A stretch of 64,000 nucleotides of DNA from an uncultured Halieaceae bacterium. GTDB taxonomy: Bacteria > Pseudomonadota > Gammaproteobacteria > Pseudomonadales > Halieaceae. Both the position numbers and the translations under genes were made by a program. The notes below the pieces were generated by a model. The model ran no database searches, had not been told where the DNA came from, and saw nothing but the letters and a program-made list of their open reading frames with translations. Shown here piece by piece: positions 1 to 9,338 of this stretch; position 1 is the stretch's first letter, and each line of letters starts with the position of its first letter. The stretch covers positions 14,351 through 78,350 of the forward strand of contig CAJXNM010000005.1 in NCBI GenBank assembly GCA_913057135.1, read 5' to 3'.

Positions 1-131
1 TTCTACTGCGGCAGTTGATGGATGACATCAGCTACAACCACCGGGATGGCTTCAATCATTTAACCATGGGAAAAACCCTGTCAGAGGCGGATCTAACGCC
101 GTCTACTATCGAGCGAGCGAACCAACAGTGA
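1..131 (+). CDS. 3' end of an upstream gene, product unknown (partial)
   Basis: Frame 3 is open from the window edge (...LLRQLMDDISYNHRDGFNHLTMGKTLSEADLTPSTIERANQQ*). Its TGA at 129-131 overlaps the GTG at 128 of the next gene (GTGA), suggesting translational coupling. Confidence 0.3.
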   Translation, partial: LLRQLMDDISYNHRDGFNHLTMGKTLSEADLTPSTIERANQQ

Positions 132-2191
132 CGCTGAAATCCAAAATCCTACTCGCAGCGGGTGCGCCAGTACTGGTCACGATGATCCTAAGCTCTGGAT
201 TTCTGTTGTATGTCCTTCACGAGACCCGCACGCAAGATCAGGAATCTTACCTGCAAGAAGTCGTCGCAGGTGCCGCCTCGGTGATCGACAAAGCCAACCA
301 TCAGGCTATTTTGGCCGCCAAGCTCATCGCGACGGCGCAAGCATCAGGCATGTATGGGGATACCGAGACCTCATTAGCTTTTACACGCAACGTACTGGCT
401 AACACCGACGACTTTACCGGCGCTTATGTTGCCTATGAGCCCTATGACAAAGCTGTGGACGCCGGATCGCCCATAGCGCACTCTGGCGACGACACGCGCT
501 TCATCCCCTACTGGTTCCGCTCACAGGGGGACAAGTCAAAGATTGAATTGACCGAGCTGGTCGATATGGACAGCAGTTACTACTACCGGGGTGTCAAAAA
601 TCGCTTCAACGGTGTTGATGAATCACTAGGGGTTGAACTCACGGGAGGCATCAGTGCCCTGTATGCACAGCGCACTACGAGCCGTTCAGAACGTGATCGC
701 TACATGATGACCGAGCCCTATCTGTACGAGGGTAAACTCATTGTAGAACAGACGGCCCCCATCATTATCGATGGGCAATTCCGAGGCATTGGCGGGGTTG
801 ATCGTGCACTCACAGATATCGACCAGGTATTGCTGGAGCTCAAAAAATTCCCTTCCCAGAGCTTTGTGCTGGTTAGCGCACGGGGCCGAATCATCAGCGC
901 CACCGACGACCCGGAGCTCACCGGGCGAGTGATTGAAGCAACCCCCTATGCAGCGGTGCTGGAGCCCCTCTATCTAAGTGAAGCAACGTCACACATCACC
1001 ACCGGTGTCGATCCCATAACCGGCGAGAGCAGCTACTTAGTCTCACACCGAATTAACACCGGTGACTGGCTGCTACTGACTTCGGTCGATCGAAGCGAAA
1101 TTTTGGCACCGATATGGACCACTCTGAATAGAGTTTCCCTGTTGCTACTCGTGGGCGCTTTACTAGCGCTAGGCATTTCCGTCTGGGCCGTCAGCATCCC
1201 CCTGCGACGAATAGCAACAGCGGCTACTACCGCTGAGCGCATCGCCGATGGGGATTTGACACAACAAATTGATGTCAGTAGTGACGATGAGGTCGGCGTT
1301 TTATTAACGGCTATGCGCTCGGTGGTGACAGCACTTAGCGCTGTGATTACGCGAATCAAGGGCTTTTCTATTGATCTAAACAGTGTCGCGACTGAAATCA
1401 AATCAGCAGCGCTTCGCCAAAACGATATCAGCCACGAGTTCTCCGCCTCCACCCATCAAATCTCCGCGTCTGTTACAGAAATTAGCGCCACCTCGGAAGA
1501 ACTATTAATCACCATGCGTGAAGTCTCCGATGCCAGTAACGCGACCGTCGCGGTCGCCAGCGATGGTCGGCAAGACCTGCACAAAATGGAGCAGACCATG
1601 GACGAGTTGCTAACAGCTACCCAGCTCATCTCCTCCAAACTTGAAGTTATCGCAGAGCGTGCCAACAATATTGGGGCCGTCGTAACCACCATTTCGAAAG
1701 TCGCCGATCAGACCAACCTGCTATCACTGAATGCCTCTATTGAAGCGGAAAAAGCCGGCGAGCATGGTCTTGGCTTCTCGGTCGTCGCGCGAGAAATACG
1801 GCGATTAGCCGATCAAACCGCCATTGCCACCCTGGATATTGAAACCATCGTCCGCGACATGCAGCAGTCGGTAACCAGCGGTGTTATGGAAATGGATCGC
1901 TTCGGTCAGCAGGTTCGCGGGGGTGTCACTGAGGTAACACGCCTGGGTGAGCAATTGAGTCTGATCATTGAAAGTGTTGAAGCCATTCAGCCTCGTTTTG
2001 TTTCTGCCCATGAAGGCATGCAGGCACAGGCTGCCGGGGCAACGCAAATCAAAGAAGCGATGAGCCAACTCCGGCATATTGCTGAGTCCGCCGATGGCTC
2101 ATCACAGCTGTTGTCTGACTCCGCTGATAAATTACTCAAAGCGATTGATGCTCTGCGTGCAGAAATCATTCGCTTTAAAACGCAACGCTAG
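128..2191 (+). CDS. Methyl-accepting chemotaxis protein, WspA-like (Cache-type periplasmic domain, HAMP, MA signalling domain)
   Basis: N-terminal TM, Cache-like motifs (YWFRS, TEPYLYEGKLIVEQTAPI), second TM, then a HAMP domain. The signalling hairpin reads QTNLLSLNASIEAEKAGEHGLGFSVVAREIRRLADQT, the Wsp/ACF-type variant of the MCP tip. Confidence 0.9.
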   Translation: MTLKSKILLAAGAPVLVTMILSSGFLLYVLHETRTQDQESYLQEVVAGAASVIDKANHQAILAAKLIATAQASGMYGDTETSLAFTRNVLANTDDFTGAYVAYEPYDKAVDAGSPIAHSGDDTRFIPYWFRSQGDKSKIELTELVDMDSSYYYRGVKNRFNGVDESLGVELTGGISALYAQRTTSRSERDRYMMTEPYLYEGKLIVEQTAPIIIDGQFRGIGGVDRALTDIDQVLLELKKFPSQSFVLVSARGRIISATDDPELTGRVIEATPYAAVLEPLYLSEATSHITTGVDPITGESSYLVSHRINTGDWLLLTSVDRSEILAPIWTTLNRVSLLLLVGALLALGISVWAVSIPLRRIATAATTAERIADGDLTQQIDVSSDDEVGVLLTAMRSVVTALSAVITRIKGFSIDLNSVATEIKSAALRQNDISHEFSASTHQISASVTEISATSEELLITMREVSDASNATVAVASDGRQDLHKMEQTMDELLTATQLISSKLEVIAERANNIGAVVTTISKVADQTNLLSLNASIEAEKAGEHGLGFSVVAREIRRLADQTAIATLDIETIVRDMQQSVTSGVMEMDRFGQQVRGGVTEVTRLGEQLSLIIESVEAIQPRFVSAHEGMQAQAAGATQIKEAMSQLRHIAESADGSSQLLSDSADKLLKAIDALRAEIIRFKTQR

Positions 2192-2201
2192 GGCCACCGG
2201 G

Positions 2202-2801
2202 ATGCTCTTGCTCACATTCACCGTCGCCGGCGATCGCTACGCCATCCGTGCGACCTTGATAGAGCAAGTGCTGCCACCGCTACCCTTGCGCCACATCCCC
2301 GGTGCAGATCCCGCCATTGCCGGCATTCTTGACCATCAAGGTACTGCGGTGCCGGTGGTCGATTTGACCATGCTTTATGACGGCAACCCCAGCCCGCGCA
2401 AGTTGAGCACACGGATACTCATCGTCGGCTTTATCAAGAGTGAAAAACGTCACCGACTTGGCTTACTGGTCACAGAGGCAACCGACACGCTGTCCGTGGA
2501 TCCCAGCCAGTTACAACCCCCCAATGTGGCTAGTGGCTCTGCAATGGGTCTGGGCTCAGTGCTTATTCACGACGGCGAGTGGTTGCAACTGGTACAGCCG
2601 GAGCAACTGTTTCCCGAGTCACTGAACGCGGCGCTGTTTCCAGAGCCTGCGGGCACTCCAGAGCCCTCACAGCTTTCAGAGCCAGCGCAGCCTTCAACGC
2701 CAGAGCAGCTTGCAAAGCCAGACTTGCCCTCAAAGCCAGAGTTGCCCTCAAAGCCAGAGCTGCTCTCCAAGCCAGGGTTGCCCTCAGAGACTGCCCCGTG
2801 A
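2202..2801 (+). CDS. cheW: CheW-like coupling protein (WspB-like) with a Pro-rich C-terminal hexapeptide repeat
   Basis: MLLLTFTVAGDRYAIRATLIEQVLP... is a CheW fold. I chose the ATG at 2202, just after the MCP stop, over the ORF-track start at 2079, which lies inside the MCP gene. The tail reads KPDLPSKPELPSKPELLSKPGLPS. Confidence 0.8.
   Translation: MLLLTFTVAGDRYAIRATLIEQVLPPLPLRHIPGADPAIAGILDHQGTAVPVVDLTMLYDGNPSPRKLSTRILIVGFIKSEKRHRLGLLVTEATDTLSVDPSQLQPPNVASGSAMGLGSVLIHDGEWLQLVQPEQLFPESLNAALFPEPAGTPEPSQLSEPAQPSTPEQLAKPDLPSKPELPSKPELLSKPGLPSETAP
2715..2786 (+). repeat. Four tandem 18-bp repeats (aagccagaNttgccctca) inside the cheW 3' end
   Basis: The units are 2715-2732, 2733-2750, 2751-2768 and 2769-2786, differing at 1-4 positions. 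They encode (K-P-x-L-P/L-S)x4. Confidence 0.9.
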
Positions 2802-4063
2802 ATAGCCTGCGCCAACACCTTCGGGAGCAACTATGGGCGGTTGGCGCCGGCGTCGACTTTGCCTCGGACCTTCAGCTCGATGCCGCTATAAAACGCCGCC
2901 AATACCAATGCAACACAAGCGATGAGCGCGCCTATGAGGCGCTGTTGATAGACTCCGAACAGGAACAGGCGGCACTGCTCGACGAGCTATTAATTCGCGA
3001 AACCAGTTTTTTCCGGGATCAAACGCCCTTTGGGTTACTGGTGAAAACCCTGCGAAACAGCGAAGCCGGTGTCGATATCCTCTGCGTGCCCTGCGCCAGT
3101 GGTGAAGAGCCCTACTCTATCGCCATCACGCTGCTAGAGGCGGGTTTTCGTCCGGAGACCATTCGCATTGAAGCCATCGATATCAGTACCCGAGGGCTCC
3201 TCGATGCTCAAGAAGGTTGCTACACCGAAAATCGACTACGCCTAGTGAGCCCAGGGCAAAAGCGTCGTTATTTCCAAGCCCTACCCGATGGTCGTCACAA
3301 AATTAATGACACGGTGCGTAGCTGTGTTCGCTTCGCTCAGATGAATGCACTCAATGTATGTGAACACTACAACGGCGGTGGTTTTGACACGATCTTCTGC
3401 AGAAATCTGATGATCTATCTGCGCAGTGAATGCCGAGACGCCTTGTTAGACAGTCTGACTAGGCTACTCAAACCTGAAGGGTTATTGTTTGTCGGCCATG
3501 CCGAGGCGGGCTTGTTACTCAATCGGGGCTACTCAAGCGCAGGGCCAATAGCTTCCTTTGCCTTTCGCAGACACTTACCTACCCCAGTGCGCCATTCACA
3601 GCTCAAACCCCAATCCGTTCGAGTCGCCAGCCCTGAGCTGCCTGAGGCGCGCACAGAACAACCGCAATTGAGCGCTGTGTTGCCACCGTCTGAAAGCCGC
3701 AACCGAACCATCGCAATGCCGAGCCAGCAAAGTGAAAGCGGCAGCACAATCCCTGGACTTACTGACATTATCGAACTAGCGGACACCGGCCACTATACCG
3801 AGGCTCAATCCCAACTGCTCTTGTTACTGCAGCAACAGCCCGATCTGGCAGAGGCGCACTCTCTATTGGGGCTCATCCGTAAAGCTCAAGGAGATTTACC
3901 CGGCGCCATAGCCAGTCTCGAAAAAGCCCTTTATCTTGATGGCTGCCATCACCAAAGTATTGAACACTTAACCTTGCTCTATCAGGCAGCGGGAGACCAA
4001 GCAGGGTTGGCACGCATGCATCGTAAACGCGAAAAACTAAATCGTGATCACTATGTCCGGTGA
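2798..4063 (+). CDS. cheR: CheR-type MCP methyltransferase with C-terminal TPR repeats (WspC-like)
   Basis: The SAM-methyltransferase core (LLIRETSFFRD, CASGEEPYSIA, IFCRNLMIYL) is followed by a TPR-like tail (AEAHSLLGLIRKAQGDLPGAIASLEKALYLD). The GTG at 2798 overlaps the cheW stop (GTGA). The ORF-track start at 2579 only adds an Ala-rich off-frame reading of the repeat. Confidence 0.85.
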   Translation: MNSLRQHLREQLWAVGAGVDFASDLQLDAAIKRRQYQCNTSDERAYEALLIDSEQEQAALLDELLIRETSFFRDQTPFGLLVKTLRNSEAGVDILCVPCASGEEPYSIAITLLEAGFRPETIRIEAIDISTRGLLDAQEGCYTENRLRLVSPGQKRRYFQALPDGRHKINDTVRSCVRFAQMNALNVCEHYNGGGFDTIFCRNLMIYLRSECRDALLDSLTRLLKPEGLLFVGHAEAGLLLNRGYSSAGPIASFAFRRHLPTPVRHSQLKPQSVRVASPELPEARTEQPQLSAVLPPSESRNRTIAMPSQQSESGSTIPGLTDIIELADTGHYTEAQSQLLLLLQQQPDLAEAHSLLGLIRKAQGDLPGAIASLEKALYLDGCHHQSIEHLTLLYQAAGDQAGLARMHRKREKLNRDHYVR

Positions 4064-4712
4064 TAACAGCACACTCAAAGCCAGTGGTGAATGCCGCAAT
4101 GTTATCGGCATTTGGGGCGATCGCAGCTGCTCGGAATTACGCGCCCTTGACCACTGCCACAATTGCCCCGTCTACACCTCGTTGGGCCGTCGCGTACTCG
4201 ACCAAGTGCTGGAACTCGATTATCACAATCGCGATGACGACAAGGACACAGAAGCGGTGGCACCCGATCAGCGGCTGTCACTGCTCGTGCTTCGCATTGG
4301 CAGTGACTGGCTCGGGTTCGATACCGCTCGCATTCGCGAAATTGTAGTACCTACCGAGCCGCACCCGGTGCCCCACCGACTCAAGCCGGGCTTCCGAGGC
4401 TTAGTGACGGTACGTGGACATATTCATCCCTGCGTTGATCTGGGAGTGTTACTTGGCTGCGATAGCGCCCAGACAATCAGTGCATCCCCACGAATGGTAC
4501 TGATCAGTGATGATAGCGGCTGCTTTGCCTTCGTCGCTGATGAAGTCGACAATTTATATGTCGTCGCAAAAAGCCATATCACCGCCCCACCTATATCCAT
4601 TCGCGACGCCACGCCAAGCTATATAACAGGTATGGTGCGACTCGCCGAGCGCGACACCGCCATACTTGACGAGGAGTTTCTGTTGCACGCGCTCAAGGAT
4701 GTGTGCCAATGA
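4053..4712 (+). CDS. cheW: CheW-like protein (WspD-like) with an N-terminal Cys/His-rich motif
   Basis: A CheW domain (LSLLVLRIGSDWLGFDTARIREIV...) is preceded by C-x13-C-x9-C-x-x-C (CRNVIGIWGDRSCSELRALDHCHNCPVY). The ATG at 4053 lies 8 nt before the cheR stop. The GTG at 4044 is an alternative start. Confidence 0.8.
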   Translation: MSGDNSTLKASGECRNVIGIWGDRSCSELRALDHCHNCPVYTSLGRRVLDQVLELDYHNRDDDKDTEAVAPDQRLSLLVLRIGSDWLGFDTARIREIVVPTEPHPVPHRLKPGFRGLVTVRGHIHPCVDLGVLLGCDSAQTISASPRMVLISDDSGCFAFVADEVDNLYVVAKSHITAPPISIRDATPSYITGMVRLAERDTAILDEEFLLHALKDVCQ

Positions 4713-7039
4713 CAGATTCAAGTGGCTTCGGCGATGACATGATGCTGGAAATGTTCCGGGAAGAAGCCGAAATGCAGCTCGGCGAACTCTCGGATGGGCT
4801 CATCGCCTTAGAGACCAGCGACAGCTCGGATGAACTACTCGAGCGCCTGATGCGAGCTGCCCACTCCATGAAAGGCGCCGCGCGTATCATGGGCATTGAC
4901 CCAATCGTCAAACTCACCCACGTTGCCGAAGACATCTTTGTTGCCGCTCAGCGCGCGGAATTGGTCCTAAATCCCGCCATTATCGATGTCCTCTTGGAAA
5001 TGACGGATTTCATTAAGGCATTTTCCGAGGGTGGCGCCGATCTTGAGGCCCAGTCCGAAACCGTCAGCTCGCTGCATGAACAGCTTAGCAAGGCGCGGGC
5101 GGGAGAGTTACAGAGCGAGTCAACGCCACCACCAGCCGCTGCAGTTGAACCGGAAGTACAAAATACAGCAGTGATCACTGAGCCCCCAGAGGACTCTGCC
5201 AACAGCCCCGAGACGCCCCCTGTCGCCGAAACGCTGGAAGCTAGCAGTGAGGGCGCATCGAGAACCACCACCACTGAACAGCGCACAAAGGGTGACGTCA
5301 AATCCATCCGTATCACCGCCGACGCTGTTGAGCGTCTGGCGGGTCTTGCGGGTGAGGCCTCGGTCGAATCCAGCCGGGTGGAGAGCATCGCCGATGACCT
5401 GACTGAGTTGCGCGTGATGCAACGGGAGTTACGCAAGAGCCTCGGTGGCATTCGGGACATCATCGACAAACAGGCAACCAATCCACAACTCGACGCACTA
5501 CTTCAAGCAGCCTTACAACAACTCGATGTGTGCAGCCAGGCTATCGCCGATCACGAGGAACGCCTTGACGGCTTCACCCGTCGGTTTGGCTCGATGGCAA
5601 ACCGCTTCTCGAGGGAGGTGGTTACAGGTCGTATGCTGCCCTTCTCAACGATTCTGAGGGGCTATCCGCGTCTTGTTCGGGATTTATCAAAAGACCTGGG
5701 TAAGCGCTGTCGGCTGGTGCTCCGGGGGGAGGACACGATGATCGATCGTGAAATTCTCGATCGGCTCGACAGTGCCCTGAATCATATTGCACGCAATGCA
5801 CTCGATCACGGTATCGAAGCCCCTGACCACCGCGCTGCCGCCGGCAAGCCCGAAGAGGCCACCCTGACCATGGAGGCATTCCACCAGGGCGGTCGTTTAC
5901 GCGTACAAATCAGCGATGACGGCCAGGGGATCGACGTGGAATCCCTGCGCAAGACGATTATCGATCGCGGACTTGAGCAGGAAGCCATTGCCAAAGCATT
6001 AAGTCAGCAAGAAATTTTCGAGTTTTTGTTTTTGCCCGGATTTTCAACGGCCCGCCAGATCACTGAAATTTCCGGTCGCGGGGTGGGTCTCGATGCGGTT
6101 CGCAGCATGGTGCAAGATGCAGGCGGCAGTATTAGCTTATCCAGTGAACGGGGCATTGGCACACGCTTTGATCTGGAACTGCCGTTAACCCGATCGGTAC
6201 TGCGAGTGCTAACCGTCATGATCGGTGGCCACATGTACGCCATTGAGGTAGCGCGTATCGAATACGCTACCACCGTTGCCTTAGAGAATATCAACACCCT
6301 TGAAAGCCGCGCTTATTTTGAGCACGAGGGTCGTCGAGTTGCACTCATTGATGCTTCAGAAATACTGGAACTCCAAGACGGCACCGGGGATGGCCAGATC
6401 TTGTCTGTGGTGGTATTTAAAGATGATGATCGCTATTACGGGTTGGTGGTCGATCGTTATTTGAACGAACAGCGACTGTTGGTGCGGCCCCTTGATCATC
6501 GACTCGGCGACGTGCCCGATGTCGCCGCCATGTCGACCAGCGAAGACGGCTCAATCGTGCTGATTTTAGATGCGGATGAGCTACAGCGTTCAATGGATTC
6601 ACTGATTGTGAGCGGTCGCTTACGCAGTCGTCACCACAGCGGCGACAGGTCGCAGGATTCGCTCAAGCGTCTGTTGGTCGTGGATGATTCATTAACCGTA
6701 CGCGAAGCTGAACGCCAGCTACTGGAAAACGCAGGCTATCAGGTAGATGTTGCTGTCGATGGCCTTGAAGCATGGAGTGCAGTGCGTCTCTCTGATTACG
6801 ATCTTGTGGTGACCGATGTCGATATGCCCCGCATGACCGGCATTGAACTGGTTAAGCGGGTGCGCGCCGAAGGACCTAAGCGCGACTTGCCCATGATTAT
6901 TGTGTCCTACAAAGACCGCGATGAAGATCGCTTACTCGGTCTCGAAGCCGGCGCCAACCACTACGTCAGTAAAAGTAGTTTTTCCGACTCAGATCTGGTG
7001 GATGCCGTCTACGAACTCATCGGCGGACCCCAGCGGTAA
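4709..7039 (+). CDS. cheA: Hybrid CheA histidine kinase with C-terminal receiver domain (WspE-like)
   Basis: Hpt (RAAHSMKGAARIMG), an acidic Pro/Ala linker, the dimerisation and HATPase domains (NALDHGIE, DDGQGID, GRGVGLD), a CheW-like domain and a REC domain (LLVVDDS...VVTDVDMPRMTG). The ATG at 4709 overlaps the preceding stop (ATGA). Confidence 0.92.
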   Translation: MTDSSGFGDDMMLEMFREEAEMQLGELSDGLIALETSDSSDELLERLMRAAHSMKGAARIMGIDPIVKLTHVAEDIFVAAQRAELVLNPAIIDVLLEMTDFIKAFSEGGADLEAQSETVSSLHEQLSKARAGELQSESTPPPAAAVEPEVQNTAVITEPPEDSANSPETPPVAETLEASSEGASRTTTTEQRTKGDVKSIRITADAVERLAGLAGEASVESSRVESIADDLTELRVMQRELRKSLGGIRDIIDKQATNPQLDALLQAALQQLDVCSQAIADHEERLDGFTRRFGSMANRFSREVVTGRMLPFSTILRGYPRLVRDLSKDLGKRCRLVLRGEDTMIDREILDRLDSALNHIARNALDHGIEAPDHRAAAGKPEEATLTMEAFHQGGRLRVQISDDGQGIDVESLRKTIIDRGLEQEAIAKALSQQEIFEFLFLPGFSTARQITEISGRGVGLDAVRSMVQDAGGSISLSSERGIGTRFDLELPLTRSVLRVLTVMIGGHMYAIEVARIEYATTVALENINTLESRAYFEHEGRRVALIDASEILELQDGTGDGQILSVVVFKDDDRYYGLVVDRYLNEQRLLVRPLDHRLGDVPDVAAMSTSEDGSIVLILDADELQRSMDSLIVSGRLRSRHHSGDRSQDSLKRLLVVDDSLTVREAERQLLENAGYQVDVAVDGLEAWSAVRLSDYDLVVTDVDMPRMTGIELVKRVRAEGPKRDLPMIIVSYKDRDEDRLLGLEAGANHYVSKSSFSDSDLVDAVYELIGGPQR

Positions 7040-7046
7040 GCGGGCC

Positions 7047-8057
7047 ATGGCCATACGTATAGGCATTGTTAACGACGTCAGCTTCGCGACCCGAGTCATC
7101 GAAAAAGCGCTAGCCCCTGAACTCGCGTTCGAGGTCGTATGGACCGCTGAGGATGGCGCGCAAGCCGTTGAGCAGTGCAGACGCAACACCCCTGACATTG
7201 TGCTCATGGACCTCGTAATGCCTGTCATGAATGGCGCTGAGGCGACTCGGCGCATCATGCGTGACAGCCCCTGTCCGATTCTCATTGTCACCTCCACCAT
7301 TGAAGGTCATCTAGATTTAGTCTACGAGACCATGGGCTATGGCGCACTGGATGTCACCACTACACCTGTTGTGGGGGACAATCGTCAGTCTGACGATGGC
7401 AGTGCGCTGCGCAAAAAGATCTTCGATATTCTTAGGCAATTGCCCAGCGAGGGTATTAAAACGAGTGCGCGCTCGATAGCCGACTCCACACCCATTCAAT
7501 GCCGCCTGGTGCTACTGGGGGCCTCTACCGGCGGGCCCGGTGTACTGAGCACTATCCTGAAGGCGCTACCCGCTGACTTCGATGCAGCCGTTGTCGTTGC
7601 GCAGCATATCGACCCGGAATTTGTACAAGGCTTTGCCGACTGGTTAGCGAGTGAGTGCCAGCTCTCTGTTGAGCTCACCAACGGTGATACCACACTGCAA
7701 GTGGGGCACGTTTACGTACTCAATTCCAGCAGCCACAGCAGCTTAACGAGCGCAAGTCAGTTGCGTTTTGCTGCAGACGTGAAGGACTCCTACTACTGTC
7801 CATCCATTGATGTTCTATTCAGTAGTGCGGCCAAAGTGGCACCCGCGGGTAGTATCGGTGTACTTCTCACGGGTATTGGCAGCGATGGTGCGGCGGGCCT
7901 GTTGCAGATGCGTGAAGCGGGCTTGTATACCATCAGTCAATCTGAGCAGAGCTGTGTTGTCTACGGTATGCCCCAGGCCGCGGTGGCCAATGGCGCTGCA
8001 GCTTGGGTTGCAGATCCACCCGAAATCGCAGACTACTTAATCAAACACATAAGGTGA
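7047..8057 (+). CDS. cheB: CheB protein-glutamate methylesterase (REC + esterase; WspF-like)
   Basis: REC domain (IRIGIVNDVS...VLMDLVMPVMNG) plus a methylesterase domain (LLGASTGGPGVL, AQHI, TGIGSDG). I used the ATG at 7047, after the cheA stop, rather than the ORF-track start at 6900. Confidence 0.9.
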   Translation: MAIRIGIVNDVSFATRVIEKALAPELAFEVVWTAEDGAQAVEQCRRNTPDIVLMDLVMPVMNGAEATRRIMRDSPCPILIVTSTIEGHLDLVYETMGYGALDVTTTPVVGDNRQSDDGSALRKKIFDILRQLPSEGIKTSARSIADSTPIQCRLVLLGASTGGPGVLSTILKALPADFDAAVVVAQHIDPEFVQGFADWLASECQLSVELTNGDTTLQVGHVYVLNSSSHSSLTSASQLRFAADVKDSYYCPSIDVLFSSAAKVAPAGSIGVLLTGIGSDGAAGLLQMREAGLYTISQSEQSCVVYGMPQAAVANGAAAWVADPPEIADYLIKHIR

Positions 8058-8066
8058 GTGCTGACC

Positions 8067-9260
8067 ATGACCGAACAAGCAGTGCCAGAGATATCAGACA
8101 AACGACACCCTGTTAGGGTATTACTGGTTGACGATCAGCGTATGGTCGGCGAAGCAGTGCGTCGCATGGTGGCCGATGAGGAATGGCTTGAATATAGCTA
8201 CTGTCAGAAACCTGAAGAAGCCATTGCCATGGCTGAATCGTTTCAACCGACCGTGATCTTGCAAGATTTGGTAATGCCGGGTATCGACGGTTTGACCTTG
8301 GTGGAGCAGTACAAGCAGCACGAACAACTCAAGCACGTGCCCGCCATTGTGCTGTCGAGCCAAGAAGATCCCGTCGTCAAAGCCGAGTCATTTACCCGTG
8401 GAGCTAACGATTATCTGGTGAAATTGCCCGATCGCATCGAATTACTGGCGCGCATTAAGCATCACTCCGAGGGCTACATTCACTTACTCGAGCGCAATGC
8501 TGCGTTCGAAGCGCTGGCAGAGAACCAACGTATACTGGCTGGAGAGCTAGCCGAAGCGGCTGATTATGTGCGCTCACTGTTACCCGCTCCCACCCAAGGC
8601 CCGGTCAATATTCGCTGGGATTTTGAGTCCTGCTCATCGGTTGGGGGAGACTCCTTTGGCTACCGCTGGCTTGACGACGACAATCTCATTATTTACTTGC
8701 TAGACGTTTGCGGTCACGGGGTTGGTGCGGCGCTGCTGTCGGTATCGGTTATGAACGCGCTGGGCAATGAGTCCCTGGGCAATGTGGATTTCAAACAACC
8801 CAACGCGGTGCTTGCCTGTCTCAATGATGTGTTCGAGATGGAGCGCCACAACAATATGTACTTCACCATGTGGTATGGGGTCTACAACCGACACAGTCGA
8901 GAGCTACGCTATGCCAGTGCCGGCCACCCACCGGCGTTACTCTATCGGGCGGGCCAAGCGGAGCCAGAGTGTTTGGTCACACCGGCACTGCCCGTGGGCA
9001 CCATGCCCGGGCTGCCTTTTAAAGAGAAGACCACCTACATAGCTGCGGATGACCGCTTGTATGTCTACAGCGATGGGGTATACGAAGTGCAGTATCAAGA
9101 CGGCCGAGAAATGACCCTGGAAGATTTTATGCCGCTTCTGAGCAAGCCACTTGCCAGTGGACCCGATGGCTTGAAACAAATTCGTGATACCGTGGCCACC
9201 ATTCAGCAGTCCGATATCTTTGAAGACGACTTTTCTCTGGTAGAACTGACCTTTCAGTAG
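8067..9260 (+). CDS. Response regulator with PP2C/SpoIIE-family Ser/Thr phosphatase output (RsbU/RssB-like architecture)
   Basis: REC domain (VRVLLVDDQ...ILQDLVMPGIDG...LSSQEDP..K) followed by SpoIIE/PP2C motifs (GGDSFGY, YLLDVCGHGVGAALLS, LYVYSDGVYE, DDFSLVEL). An AAGGTGA Shine-Dalgarno lies 9 nt upstream of the ATG at 8067. The GTG at 8058 is an alternative start. Confidence 0.85.
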   Translation: MTEQAVPEISDKRHPVRVLLVDDQRMVGEAVRRMVADEEWLEYSYCQKPEEAIAMAESFQPTVILQDLVMPGIDGLTLVEQYKQHEQLKHVPAIVLSSQEDPVVKAESFTRGANDYLVKLPDRIELLARIKHHSEGYIHLLERNAAFEALAENQRILAGELAEAADYVRSLLPAPTQGPVNIRWDFESCSSVGGDSFGYRWLDDDNLIIYLLDVCGHGVGAALLSVSVMNALGNESLGNVDFKQPNAVLACLNDVFEMERHNNMYFTMWYGVYNRHSRELRYASAGHPPALLYRAGQAEPECLVTPALPVGTMPGLPFKEKTTYIAADDRLYVYSDGVYEVQYQDGREMTLEDFMPLLSKPLASGPDGLKQIRDTVATIQQSDIFEDDFSLVELTFQ

Positions 9261-9338
9261 TGACCGCAGTAACGGGCAGCACTAAATGGCCTGTTCAGTA
9301 GTCACCGACGATAAACCTTTAGATGAGAGACAATACCC

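Noticed and set aside
2079-2201. N-terminal extensions proposed by the ORF track (cheW at 2079, cheR at 2579, cheB at 6900, hydrolase at 41406, thrS at 32682, uvrB at 37603, SorA-like at 61235, M20 at 46373, and others).
   Set aside because: The extensions overlap the preceding gene or the opposite-strand gene and have junk-like sequence. Internal starts with a Shine-Dalgarno, a signal peptide or a homology-consistent N-terminus exist, so I used the shorter coordinates.
4948-5481. Long antisense and alternative-frame ORFs inside the cheA gene, with many similar ones elsewhere (for example 1033-1452, 2563-2830, 14271-14906, 49965-50330).
   Set aside because: They lie fully inside well-supported genes on the opposite strand or in another frame. 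They have low-complexity Ser/Ala/Arg-rich translations and no start context. This is the expected background for GC-rich DNA.
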